This document shows, one piece after another, positions 1 through 13,159 of a stretch of 64,000 bases of DNA (positions are counted from its first letter, which is position 1; each line of letters starts with the position of its first letter). Under the pieces are notes generated by a model. It had not been told where the DNA came from. It was given only the letters and a program-made list of their open reading frames with translations, and ran no database searches. The DNA comes from Macrostomum lignano (Eukaryota), in the NCBI GenBank assembly GCA_002269645.1, contig NIVC01004004.1, positions 1 to 64,000 on the forward strand, read 5' to 3'. The translations under genes and the position numbers were made by a program.

Positions 1-3000
1 TAGACACGAAAACGAATGCAGCCACAGCATGAACTAACCTTTCATTGAAGCTTCTGCTTTAAGACTTTGATGCTGTGAAGCATTCTGGCATCTAGCATTA
101 CTCTCGTAGACTATTAGCTGCTCTCCTGAGTTCGAAGCTGACAGGTCGTTGCAGCGGCATCGATTGAGTCGACTGCCAATTTAGTCAATGGGTTTCGTTT
201 CTTCTTTTCACTGGAACCTGTGGTGGATTAGCAAAAGATCGATTTCGCATATCTTTTAGTGATTTCAAGGACGACAAAATCATTCTTCTCTGCATGTCAG
301 CTCCAGAAGATGCTAGTTTGCTTGCAGCTTTCTGTAGAGCATTCTACTTTAGTAAAGTGTACCCATTCTAAAATAAGCTGTTTTTAATATGTCCCAACAA
401 GTCTCTGTGCAGTGTGTCATCCGTTTGCCCATCAATTTGTTCTGGAGCCCTTTATTAATTGAGTTCTTTAGGTGACTTAACAAATGCGGAAAAACTAGAC
501 ACACACACAGTGGCCCAACACTTCGTGTCCAATAATTGCTAGGAAAAATGCACTGCAGTGTTTAAGCATCTCCTCTGAGGGGCCTTGCATGCATAGCTAT
601 AGAATCTGCTAAGACCGATCTGAGAGTTAAAAGTACAAAAAGTTATAACGCTTCTAACACGAAAACGAATGCAGCCACAGCATGAACTAACCTTTCATTG
701 AAGCTTCTGCTTAAAGACTTTGATGCTGTGAAGCATTCTGGCATCTAGCATTACTCTCGTAGACTATTAGCTGCTCTCCTGAGTTCGAAGCTGACAGGTC
801 CGTTGCAGTCGGCATCGATTGAGTCGACTGCCAATTTAGTCAATGGGTTTCGTTTCTTCTTTTCACTGGAACCTGTGGTGGGATTAGCAAAAGATCGATT
901 TCGCATATCTGTTTAGTGATTTCAAGGACGACAAAATCATTCTTCTCTGCATGTCAGCTCCAGAAGATGCTAGTTTGCTTGCAGCTTTCTGTAGGAGCAT
1001 TCTACTTTAGTAAAGTGTACCCATTCTAAAATAAGCTGTTTTTAATATGTCCCAACAAGTCTCTGTGCAGTGTGTCATCCGTTTGCCCATCAATTTGTTC
1101 TGGAGCCCTTTATTAATTGAGTTCTTTAGGTGACTTAACAAATGCGGAAAAAACTAGACACACACACAGTGGCCCAACACTTCGTGTCCCAATAATTGCT
1201 AGGAAAAATGCACTGCAGTGTTTAAGCATCTCCTCTGAGGGGCCCTTGCATGCATAGCTATAGAATCTGCTAAGACCCGATCTGAGAGTTAAAAGTACAA
1301 AAAGTTATAACGCTTCTAGACACGAAAACGAATGCAGCCACAGCATGAACTAACCTTTCATTGAAGCTTCTGCTTAAGACTTTGATGCTGTGAAGCATTC
1401 TGGCATCTAGCATTACTCTCGTAGACTATTAGCTGCTCTCCTGAGTTCGAAGCTGACAGGTCCGTTGCAGTCGGCATCGATTGAGTCGACTGCCAATTTA
1501 GTCAATGGGTTTCGTTTCTTCTTTTCACTGGAACCTGTGGTGGGATTAGCAAAAGATCGATTTCGCATATCTATTTAGTGATTTCAAGGACGACAAAATC
1601 ATTCTTCTCTGCATGTCAGCTCCAGAAGATGCTAGTTTGCTTGCAGCTTTCTGTAGGAGCATTCTACTTTAGTAAAGTGTACCCATTCTAAAATAAGCTG
1701 TTTTTAATATGTCCCAACAAGTCTCTGTGCAGTGTGTCATCCGTTTGCCCATCAATTTGTTCTGGAGCCCTTTATTAATTGAGTTCTTTAGGTGACTTAA
1801 CAAATGCGGAAAAAACTAGACACACACACAGTGGCCCAACACTTCGTGTCCCAATAATTGCTAGGAAAAATGCACTGCAGTGTTTAAGCATCTCCTCTGA
1901 GGGGCCCTTGCATGCATAGCTATAGAATCTGCTAAGACCCGATCTGAGAGTTAAAAGTACAAAAAGTTATAACGCTTCTAGACACGAAAACGAATGCAGC
2001 CACAGCATGAACTAACCTTTCATTGAAGCTTCTGCTTAAAGACTTTGATGCTGTGAAGCATTCTGGCATCTAGCATTACTCTCGTAGACTATTAGCTGCT
2101 CTCCTGAGTTCGAAGCTGACAGGTCCGTTGCAGTCGGCATCGATTGAGTCGACTGCCAATTTAGTCAATGGGTTTCGTTTCTTCTTTTCACTGGAACCTG
2201 TGGTGGGATTAGCAAAAGATCGATTTCGCATATCTGTTTAGTGATTTCAAGGACGACAAAATCATTCTTCTCTGCATGTCAGCTCCAGAAGATGCTAGTT
2301 TGCTTGCAGCTTTCTGTAGGAGCATTCTACTTTAGTAAAGTGTACCCATTCTAAAATAAGCTGTTTTTAATATGTCCCAACAAGTCTCTGTGCAGTGTGT
2401 CATCCGTTTGCCCATCAATTTGTTCTGGAGCCCTTTATTAATTGAGTTCTTTAGGTGACTTAACAAATGCGAAAAAACTAGACACACACACAGTGGCCCA
2501 ACACTTCGTGTCCCAATAATTGCTAGGAAAAATGCACTGCAGTGTTTAAGCATCTCCTCTGAGGGGCCCTTGCATGCATAGCTATAGAATCTGCTAAGAC
2601 CCGATCTGAGAGTTAAAAGTACAAAAAGTTATAACGCTTCTAGACACGAAAACGAATGCAGCCACAGCATGAACTAACCTTTCATTGAAGCTTCTGCTTT
2701 AAAGACTTTGATGCTGTGAAGCATTCTGGCATCTAGCATTACTCTCGTAGACTATTAGCTGCTCTCCTGAGTTCGAAGCTGACAGGTCCGTTGCAGTCGG
2801 CATCGATTGAGTCGACTGCCAATTTAGTCAATGGGTTTCGTTTCTTCTTTTCACTGGAACCTGTGGTGGGATTAGCAAAAGATCGATTTCGCATATCTGT
2901 TTAGTGATTTCAAGGACGACAAAATCATTCTTCTCTGCATGTCAGCTCCAGAAGATGCTAGTTTGCTTGCAGCTTTCTGTAGGAGCATTCTACTTTAGTA

Positions 3001-6000
3001 AAGTGTACCCATTCTAAAATAAGCTGTTTTTAATATGTCCCAACAAGTCTCTGTGCAGTGTGTCATCCGTTTGCCCATCAATTTGTTCTGGAGCCCTTTA
3101 TTAATTGAGTTCTTTAGGTGACTTAACAAATGCGAAAAAACTAGACACACACACAGTGGCCCAACACTTCGTGTCCCAATAATTGCTAGGAAAAATGCAC
3201 TGCAGTGTTTAAGCATCTCCTCTGAGGGGCCCTTGCATGCATAGCTATAGAATCTGCTAAGACCCGATCTGAGAGTTAAAAGTACAAAAAGTTATAACGC
3301 TTCTAACACGAAAACGAATGCAGCCACAGCATGAACTAACCTTTCATTGAAGCTTCTGCTTAAGACTTTGATGCTGTGAAGCATTCTGGCATCTAGCATT
3401 ACTCTCGTAGACTATTAGCTGCTCTCCTGAGTTCGAAGCTGACAGGTCCGTTGCAGTCGGCATCGATTGAGTCGACTGCCAATTTAGTCAATGGGTTTCG
3501 TTTCTTCTTTTCACTGGAACCTGTGGTGGGATTAGCAAAAGATCGATTTCGCATATCTATTTAGTGATTTCAAGGACGACAAAATCATTCTTCTCTGCAT
3601 GTCAGCTCCAGAAGATGCTAGTTTGCTTGCAGCTTTCTGTAGGAGCATTCTACTTTAGTAAAGTGTACCCATTCTAAAATAAGCTGTTTTTAATATGTCC
3701 CAACAAGTCTCTGTGCAGTGTGTCATCCGTTTGCCCATCAATTTGTTCTGGAGCCCTTTATTAATTGAGTTCTTTAGGTGACTTAACAAATGCGGAAAAA
3801 ACTAGACACACACACAGTGGCCCAACACTTCGTGTCCCAATAATTGCTAGGAAAAATGCACTGCAGTGTTTAAGCATCTCCTCTGAGGGGCCCTTGCATG
3901 CATAGCTATAGAATCTGCTAAGACCCGATCTGAGAGTTAAAAGTACAAAAAGTTATAACGCTTCTAGACACGAAAACGAATGCAGCCACAGCATGAACTA
4001 ACCTTTCATTGAAGCTTCTGCTTTAAGACTTTGATGCTGTGAAGCATTCTGGCATCTAGCATTACTCTCGTAGACTATTAGCTGCTCTCCTGAGTTCGAA
4101 GCTGACAGGTCCGTTGCAGTCGGCATCGATTGAGTCGACTGCCAATTTAGTCAATGGGTTTCGTTTCTTCTTTTCACTGGAACCTGTGGTGGGATTAGCA
4201 AAAGATCGATTTCGCATATCTGTTTAGTGATTTCAAGGACGACAAAATCATTCTTCTCTGCATGTCAGCTCCAGAAGATGCTAGTTTGCTTGCAGCTTTC
4301 TGTAGGAGCATTCTACTTTAGTAAAGTGTACCCATTCTAAAATAAGCTGTTTTTAATATGTCCCAACAAGTCTCTGTGCAGTGTGTCATCCGTTTGCCCA
4401 TCAATTTGTTCTGGAGCCCTTTATTAATTGAGTTCTTTAGGTGACTTAACAAATGCGGAAAAAACTAGACACACACACAGTGGCCCAACACTTCGTGTCC
4501 CAATAATTGCTAGGAAAAATGCACTGCAGTGTTTAAGCATCTCCTCTGAGGGGCCCTTGCATGCATAGCTATAGAATCTGCTAAGACCCGATCTGAGAGT
4601 TAAAAGTACAAAAAGTTATAACGCTTCTAGACACGAAAACGAATGCAGCCACAGCATGAACTAACCTTTCATTGAAGCTTCTGCTTAAAGACTTTGATGC
4701 TGTGAAGCATTCTGGCATCTAGCATTACTCTCGTAGACTATTAGCTGCTCTCCTGAGTTCGAAGCTGACAGGTCCGTTGCAGTCGGCATCGATTGAGTCG
4801 ACTGCCAATTTAGTCAATGGGTTTCGTTTCTTCTTTTCACTGGAACCTGTGGTGGGATTAGCAAAAGATCGATTTCGCATATCTGTTTAGTGATTTCAAG
4901 GACGACAAAATCATTCTTCTCTGCATGTCAGCTCCAGAAGATGCTAGTTTGCTTGCAGCTTTCTGTAGGAGCATTCTACTTTAGTAAAGTGTACCCATTC
5001 TAAAATAAGCTGTTTTTAATATGTCCCAACAAGTCTCTGTGCAGTGTGTCATCCGTTTGCCCATCAATTTGTTCTGGAGCCCTTTATTAATTGAGTTCTT
5101 TAGGTGACTTAACAAATGCGGAAAAAACTAGACACACACACAGTGGCCCAACACTTCGTGTCCCAATAATTGCTAGGAAAAATGCACTGCAGTGTTTAAG
5201 CATCTCCTCTGAGGGGCCCTTGCATGCATAGCTATAGAATCTGCTAAGACCCGATCTGAGAGTTAAAAGTACAAAAAGTTATAACGCTTCTAGACACGAA
5301 AACGAATGCAGCCACAGCATGAACTAACCTTTCATTGAAGCTTCTGCTTTAAGACTTTGATGCTGTGAAGCATTCTGGCATCTAGCATTACTCTCGTAGA
5401 CTATTAGCTGCTCTCCTGAGTTCGAAGCTGACAGGTCCGTTGCAGTCGGCATCGATTGAGTCGACTGCCAATTTAGTCAATGGGTTTCGTTTCTTCTTTT
5501 CACTGGAACCTGTGGTGGGATTAGCAAAAGATCGATTTCGCATATCTGTTTAGTGATTTCAAGGACGACAAAATCATTCTTCTCTGCATGTCAGCTCCAG
5601 AAGATGCTAGTTTGCTTGCAGCTTTCTGTAGGAGCATTCTACTTTAGTAAAGTGTACCCATTCTAAAATAAGCTGTTTTTAATATGTCCCAACAAGTCTC
5701 TGTGCAGTGTGTCATCCGTTTGCCCATCAATTTGTTCTGGAGCCCTTTATTAATTGAGTTCTTTAGGTGACTTAACAAATGCGGAAAAAACTAGACACAC
5801 ACACAGTGGCCCAACACTTCGTGTCCCAATAATTGCTAGGAAAAATGCACTGCAGTGTTTAAGCATCTCCTCTGAGGGGCCCTTGCATGCATAGCTATAG
5901 AATCTGCTAAGACCCGATCTGAGAGTTAAAAGTACAAAAAGTTATAACGCTTCTAGACACGAAAACGAATGCAGCCACAGCATGAACTAACCTTTCATTG

Positions 6001-6597
6001 AAGCTTCTGCTTAAGACTTTGATGCTGTGAAGCATTCTGGCATCTAGCATTACTCTCGTAGACTATTAGCTGCTCTCCTGAGTTCGAAGCTGACAGGTCC
6101 GTTGCAGTCGGCATCGATTGAGTCGACTGCCAATTTAGTCAATGGGTTTCGTTTCTTTTCACTGGAACCTGTGGTGGGATTAGCAAAAGATCGATTTCGC
6201 ATATCTGTTTAGTGATTTCAAGGACGACAAAATCATTCTTCTCTGCATGTCAGCTCCAGAAGATGCTAGTTTGCTTGCAGCTTTCTGTAGGAGCATTCTA
6301 CTTTAGTAAAGTGTACCCATTCTAAAATAAGCTGTTTTTAATATGTCCCAACAAGTCTCTGTGCAGTGTGTCATCCGTTTGCCCATCAATTTGTTCTGGA
6401 GCCCTTTATTAATTGAGTTCTTTAGGTGACTTAACAAATGCGAAAAAACTAGACACACACACAGTGGCCCAACACTTCGTGTCCCAATAATTGCTAGGAA
6501 AAATGCACTGCAGTGTTTAAGCATCTCCTCTGAGGGGCCCTTGCATGCATAGCTATAGAATCTGCTAAGACCCAATCTGAGAGTTAAAAGTACAAAA
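1..6597. repeat. Tandem satellite array, ~662-bp unit, 10 near-identical copies (array probably continues left of window)
   Basis: Unit start TAGACACGAAAACGAATGCAGCC recurs at ~1, 655, 1317, 1979, 2641, 3303, 3965, 4629, 5291 and 5954. Copies differ only by 1-nt indels or SNPs. Unique sequence resumes at ~6598. Confidence 0.98.
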
Positions 6598-7796
6598 CTT
6601 ATAATATTTGTGGTTGGACACGTAGGCTATTGAATGTCAATGGATTCAGACGAAATGTCAAGTTTTACTCAAAGCTTTTACAGCTTACCGGTTAAAGTCG
6701 ACGGATCCTTTGGCAATTGCGCCACATGGCAGTTGATCAAAGGTGATATACCTGAAGTAAAGGTAGGTACTGCTTAGCAGGAGCAGTATTTTTTATAGCA
6801 TTTAAATATAAATGCTTCTTGTTTCCGACAAAGTTTTTTAATACCACTTACATGTTTCTCGCTGTGCCATTCCATGCTGTTCCTTTCCATACCATGGTGA
6901 CTCGGGTGCCATGGCAGAGGCAGAGTTGACCATTGATTTCAGCATAGCGAGTACATGCCAATTTTGTTTACTGTACGTTTGCGGGGTGGCGTCAATAATA
7001 GACCAAAAAATAAATGTACACTTAACTAGCAAGGGGACTCTGGTAAATTGGAGCCATGTACACAGGGGGGTAGGGCTTAGTCCTAACATGTACGGGGTAA
7101 GTCCTAATATGAGTGGGCTTTTGTAAACGACACTAGCACACAGTCCCAACAATTTATAGAATATCGAATGCGCGCAGCAGTCAATAGCATGAGTCCTAAC
7201 AAGAGTGGGCTGTTGTATTCAACACTGCAACACTGTCCTAACAATTTAGTTCGTGTAGAGTACTGATGCCCATCACAGTCAAAAGTACATGTAAGCCCTT
7301 GTCATTTCTTTAGGTTTATCTCCATCCAGAACCATCCTTTGACAATAAAATACCCTTAAAAGTATTTTGCTATGTTTTGCTATGTATGTATTTAATGTAT
7401 GCTATGTATATAAGTCTTGAAACAAAGACTGCAGCAAATGAATGCGCTTGAAATCTACTATTAGTAAAAATATGAGAAAAAACCAATAAAAATATGCGGG
7501 AGCATATTAGCCATTTCAGTGTCCCAATAGTGATTTGGTCGAATTTTGTATCATTTTTCATTATTGGGACGCCAGTTTTTGCTTAATTATGGACTCAGAA
7601 AGTAAAATTATTAAAAATGAGTTGCACCATTAAAAAGAGGCTGTCGAGCTGAATCCAAAGAGTATTTTTTTGAGCTGCTATTGTAAGTTTTTTGGAAGTG
7701 TTGGACGGACTTGATGGGACAGTCCCAACATTTTTTTTGGCCCAACAGTGCGGGTCCCGTTGTACGCGGATGGCCCAACAAATGCCCCGTGCGCAA

Positions 7797-7848
<52 letters not shown>

Positions 7849-7849
7849 T
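7797..7849. repeat. (CA)n microsatellite
   Basis: Direct reading of the sequence. Confidence 0.97.
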
Positions 7850-8019
7850 TTCATCATTGTTGTATGGGGAGTGGGGACTGGGAGTCGAAACTGCCGAGTT
7901 TTATTGGTGTTAGTCAGTGTTGATTGCAGGAGAAAGTGTGCGTGCGTGTCTTTTTTAGTCTCGATTTGGGTCGTACCTCCCTCCTTTGCTCAGATTGCGC
8001 ATCTAGTGAAGGAGAAGTA

Positions 8020-8550
8020 GGGAGATCGAGTATTGGAGATGTAGGGAGATCGAGTAGCTATTGGAGATGTAGGGAGATCGAGTATTGGAGATGTAGGGAG
8101 ATCGAGTATTGGAGATGTAGGGAGATCGAGTATTGGAGATTTAGGGAGATCGAGTATTGGAGATGTAGGGAGATCGAGTATTGGAGATGTAGGGAGATCG
8201 AGTAAGGGAGTTTAGGGAGACTGAGTAGAGGAAGATCTAGGGAGGTTGAGTAGGGGTAGATGTAGGGAGATCGAGTAAGGGGAAGATGTATGGAGATAGA
8301 GTATTTAAGATGTAGGGAGATAGAGTAAGGGAGTTTAGGGAGATTGGGTAGAGGATGATGTAGGGAGATCGAGTAAGGGAGGTAAAGGGAGATCAAGTAA
8401 GGGAGATGTAGATGTAGGGAGTTCGATGAAGGGCCATGTAGTGCGATCAAGTAGGGGAGATGTAGGGAGATCGAGTAAGGGAATTTAGAGAGATTGGGTA
8501 GAGGAAGATGTATGGAGATCAAGTAGGGGAGATGTAGGGAGATCTAGTAG
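8020..8550. repeat. Purine-rich minisatellite, ~21-22-bp unit (GAGATGTAGGGAGATCGAGTATTG family)
   Basis: Near-perfect copies at 8060-8200, degenerating rightward. Confidence 0.93.
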
Positions 8551-9165
8551 GGGTGCTCAGATGTGCGCCTTCCAACGCCCGTACATAACAGTTGGCAACT
8601 AATTCGCTACTCAAATCCTCAAGCCTACGCAGACAAAAGCTTTCACGCAACAAAGAGCAGCGGTTCAACGTGTCCGCTTTTTTTAATAATCTGATTGCTA
8701 TGATTCAGTTTCCATGGCTGCGCTGGCCAGTTGGCGGCCCGCAGCGCACGGAGACTCGCTTAGATTCAGACACGCGAGACAGGCGGGCTGGCAGGCAGCT
8801 CTCTGACTGCTCAAGCCGGAAATTCCAGGGCCCTGGCACGAGGCCCCGGCCCAGTCCAGTCCAGTCAGTCCACCTTGCTCACCGCCATATTCTCAATCAA
8901 TCCAATCACTATTAATGAGAGCCCTCAGTCTTTGTTCCTCTCCGTTGCTCGTCTCATATTTTCTGTCGCTCTTAAGTGGATTTTATACGGCCGCTTGTCC
9001 GTATGGCGAGACAATCGCTTGGCTGCTTGCTGCCAGATTGTGGCACGTGGAGCGGGTGGCCACCTTTATTGATTTAAATCTGGGGAATTCCTTTGTCATG
9101 AACCTGCGCCTCTGACTCTTTCTTGGCCGTTTTCTGGGCTGCGCCATTTCATTTTTGTTGCTTGC

Positions 9166-10705
9166 TCTCGCTATCTCTGGTCTCTCCCGCCTCTCTCTGG
9201 CCTCTCCCGCCTCTCTCTGGTCTCTCCTGCCTCTCTCTGGTCTCTCCCGCCTCTCTCTGGTCCCTCCTGCCTCTCTCTGGTCTCTCCCGCCTCTCTCTGG
9301 TCTCTCCCGCCTCTCTCTGGTCTCTCCCGCCTCTCTCTGGCCTCTCCCGCCTCTCTCTGGTCTCTCCTGCCTCTCTCTGGTCTCTCCCGCCTCTCTCTGG
9401 TCCCTCCTGCCTCTCTCTGGTCTCTCCCGCCTCTCTCTGGTCTCTCCCGCCTCTCTCTGGTCTCTCCCGCCTCTCTCTGGCCTCTCCCGCCTCTCTCTGG
9501 TCTCTCCTGCCTCTCTCTGGTCTCTCCTGCCTCTCTCTGGTCCCTCCTGCCTCTCTCTGGTCCCTCCTGCCTCTCTCTGGTCCCTCCTGCCTCTCTCTGG
9601 TCCCTCCTGCCTCTCTCTGGTCTCTCCTGCCTCTCTCTGGTCTCTCCTGTCTCTCTCTGGTCCCTCCTGCCTCTCTCTGGTCTCTCCTGCCTCTCTCTGG
9701 TCTCTCCTGTCTCTCTCTGGTCCCTCCTGCCTCTCTCTGGTCTCTCCCGCCTCTCTCTGGTCCCTCCTGCCTCTCTCTGGTCTCTCCTGCCTCTCTCTGG
9801 CCCCTCCTGCCTCTCTCTGGTCTCTCCCGCCTCTCTCTGGTCCCTCCTGCCTCTCTCTGGTCTCTCCTGCCTCTCTCTGGCCCCTCCTGCCTCTCTCTGG
9901 CCCCTCCTGCCTCTCTCTGGTCTCTCCTGCCTCTCTCTGGTCTCTCCTGTCTCTCTCTGGTCCCTCCCGCTTCTCTCTGGTCCCTCCCGCTTCTCTCTGG
10001 TCCCTCCTGCCTCTCTCTGGTCCCTCCCGCTTCTCTCTGGTCTCTCCTGTCTCTCTCTGGTCCCTCCCGCTTCTCTCTGGTCCCTCCTGCCTCTCTCTGG
10101 TCCCTCCTGCCTCTCTCTGGTCTCTCCTGTCTCTCTCTGGTCCCTCCCGCTTCTCTCTGGCCCCTCCTGCCTCTCTCTGGTCTCTCCTGCCTCTCTCTGG
10201 TCCCTCCCGCCTCTCTCTGGTCCCTCCTGCCTCTCTCTGGTCTCTCCTGTCTCTCTCTGGTCCCTCCTGCCTCTCTCTGGTCTCTCCTGTCTCTCTCTGG
10301 TCCCTCCTGCCTCTCTCTGGTCTCTCCTGTCTCTCTCTGGTCTCTCCCGCCTCTCTCTGGTCCCTCCGGCCCCTATCTGGTCTCTCCTGCCTCTCTCTGG
10401 TCTCTCCCGCCTCTCTCTGGTCTCTCCTGCCTCTCTCTGGTCTCTCCCGCCTCTCTCTTGTCTCTCCCGCCTCTCTCTGGTCTCTCCCGCCCCTCTCTGA
10501 TCTCTCCCGCCTCTCTCTGGTCTCTCCTGCCTCTCTCTGGTCCCTCCTGCCTCGCTGGTCTCTCCCGCCTCTCTCTGGTATCTCCCACCCTCTCTGGTCT
10601 CTCCCGCCTCTCTCTGATCTCTCCCGCCTCTCTCTGGTCTCTCCTGCCTCTCTCTGGTCCCTCCGGCCTCTCTCTAGTCTCTCCCGCCTCTCTCTGGTCT
10701 CTCCC
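9166..10705. repeat. Pyrimidine-rich 20-bp minisatellite (TCTCTCCCGCCTCTCTCTGG), ~75 copies
   Basis: Exact 20-bp periodicity is visible column-wise in the sequence. Confidence 0.98.
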
Positions 10706-11219
10706 GCTCCCATGTCCCTAGTCTCTAAAACTTTCTCTAAGGCAGCCTTCAATAAAATTATTGACTTACACACAGGGACTGGGTGGGTGCTTGGCATGCT
10801 CGGCACAATTGCCTCACCGACTGTCAGAAATTTTTCACAGCCTGGCTTTGGTTGCGTCAATCAGGAGTCGCAGTCCACTCGTACTGTGTTGTGCTGTAAG
10901 AATACTTCCTAGTTAGTTCTATGCTAATTGTTCACGGCTATTTAAGCTTCCCTTATAGACTTGAAGCTACGAGTAAGGCAGAGAGGAGCCACTTGTCTCA
11001 ACTTCAACTGTAAATCTCTCTTCACTTGCGTATAAAGTAGGCCCAAACACTTGCGCAACTTCGTCCAGGGCCCGAGGAATCCCCATGTCCGTGATCCAGC
11101 TACCTGCAAAATTAAACTATCTGAGGATAGGGGTGAAAATATTCAGGCAGAAATAGTGCTGACAGCCAGCCAAAATGATTTACAATCTGTAATAGTATTG
11201 CCAGGTAAATAGCAGTAAA

Positions 11220-11223
11220 CAGC

Positions 11224-11264
<41 letters not shown>

Positions 11265-11365
11265 CTAAGACACTAAGACACTAAGACACTAAGACACTAA
11301 GACAGGCAGACGCAGACACCAAGACAGACAATAAGAAACTAAGACAGACAAACAGACACTATGAT
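11220..11365. repeat. (AGAC)n and (ACACTAAG)n simple repeats
   Basis: Direct reading of the sequence. Confidence 0.9.
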
Positions 11366-13159
11366 ACAGAACTCAAGTGTAGCACTGGTGTAGAGCAGTT
11401 GAGGTTGGATTTGCTGTTCACTCAGCAGGGGGATATCCGCATCGCTAGGATAGCCTATTGTTCCTCAGTTCCCTGGTCAAAATATCAAAAGGATCTTGCA
11501 TGGCTTGGTTCGTCATGCGTTGCTAAGGGTCTAATTTTTTTACAGTCAAATAAATGCTGTGACTTCCGGCGCTGTCAGCTACCGCTGCGCGCCCTCTCGA
11601 GTCTGAAGTGCCCCCCCCCCACCAAATGCTTTGGTGCAGGCCTGCCTGTTTTCGGCTCGACTTGCTGCATTGCTTGCTTCAAAAGATTTTCCCGAAACCT
11701 CTCCTCTGCTTATAGACTTGCTTGGACTCTCCGTATTCACACCTGAAGTGTCTGTAGCCAAGCCAGACACTTATGACTGACTGACTGACTGACTGACTGA
11801 CTCGGGTCATTTTTTCGCAGAAATTACGCAGCCAGCCTGCATGGTTGTCAAGCAAGCAAGCAAGCAAGCTTTTTTTGGTAGGCCAAAAATCAAACCACGT
11901 AGGAAAGTTACGCGAAGACAGGCGGACAGAAGCTGCAGGCGTTAAAGCAGCAGAATTGCGCGTCTTTTAATTGGCCGCATAGTTGCTATAGTTGCTACCC
12001 CGAAACGATCAGGATGAAGCATCTTGACAGTGAGAAGAGGGAAGTGTTAATCTCAGACTCACTATTATGTTCTACACGCTTGACATGCTCTTGACACCTC
12101 TAGGGGAATTCTTGGGGGGTGTTGAGAAGAAGAGTGAAAGTTGAGTCTGCGGGGCTTCATAGATTGAGTTTGAGAAGTCTCTTTAACAGCCCACGCGACT
12201 TGGATACTGTCGGGGCATTGTTGACCTTCACTGTTTCTAGCATCCAGAGGGCGCATGGACTGCAGGGCTGGCCATCTGTCAGCTAAAAATAGTTTCCACT
12301 CCTATATAGCGGACTGAGAATTGCTTTTAGCTTCCACACAGATTCTGCAACACTGCAAAGTGCCGCTGGTGTTGTGCTATCCATGCGCTCAGTCTCCGCG
12401 TGTGCACAGCTGGTCTGTCGGTATATGTAGCTTAGCAACCGCTGTGTGAGTTGGGATTAAATAACGATTATGAGTAACTAGACTATAGCGAGCTGCTGTA
12501 TCTTGCTAGCTTTATTGGGTCACACATTCTTCTATATTAGCTCTGACTTCGATTCCGTTTATTATTAAAATACGAGCGTGTATATCATTACTAATTATGC
12601 ATTAATTAGATGTTTTTGCTTTGCCGTGGACAATTTCATTAACTTAGCACTGCTAATGAGTCTCGCTGCACACTTCTCTCTCGAGGCCGTTCTCAAGCAG
12701 CGAGTTGAGCTCTTAGCCCGGAGGGTCTTTTAAAGCCGTTTGATCCTTCAGCACCCCCTCGGGGGTTCGAGACCAGCGGCTCATGTTAGCTCATTTTGCC
12801 CGTCTAATTTCCACCTTTTTGTGCTCTAAGACTTGAAAGTGTAGACTAAACTAACATGATTTTAGCTATGCAAAAGGTGTGTTAGAAGGCTCAGCTCAGT
12901 CATTAGCTGGATTTGTTCTCAGACCTGTCAAATGAGCACCCAGACTGAACAAGCTCAGCGGGTGGCGGTGTTTTTGCTTCTCCCTCTGGCCTTTTGTGTG
13001 CTTTTTTGCTGCTCTCCTGAGCTGTTCTCTCAACTCTCAAGTCCGTCTCGGGTCACACAGTTCCCTAGCTTCAAATCCCCAAAACCTAACGTCTCCCAGT
13101 TTTTTATACACTTTCATAATTACAAAAATATAGTAAATTAGGTAAATTAGTAGAATATT

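Noticed and set aside
1-6597. The satellite as a 5S, spliced-leader or snRNA gene array
   Set aside because: I could not recognise any 5S, U snRNA or SL-RNA sequence, or Pol III boxes, in the unit. An Infernal scan would settle it.
8983-10912. Long ORFs of 532-625 aa over the 20-bp repeat, and similar ORFs at 8058, 19031, 21882, 22935, 24934, 29385 and 44784
   Set aside because: They are stop-free translations of minisatellites, open in several frames, with no domain signal.
10745-11560. Minus-strand exon-like segments with splice-site-like ends
   Set aside because: Stops interrupt the candidate frames and no consistent protein could be assembled.
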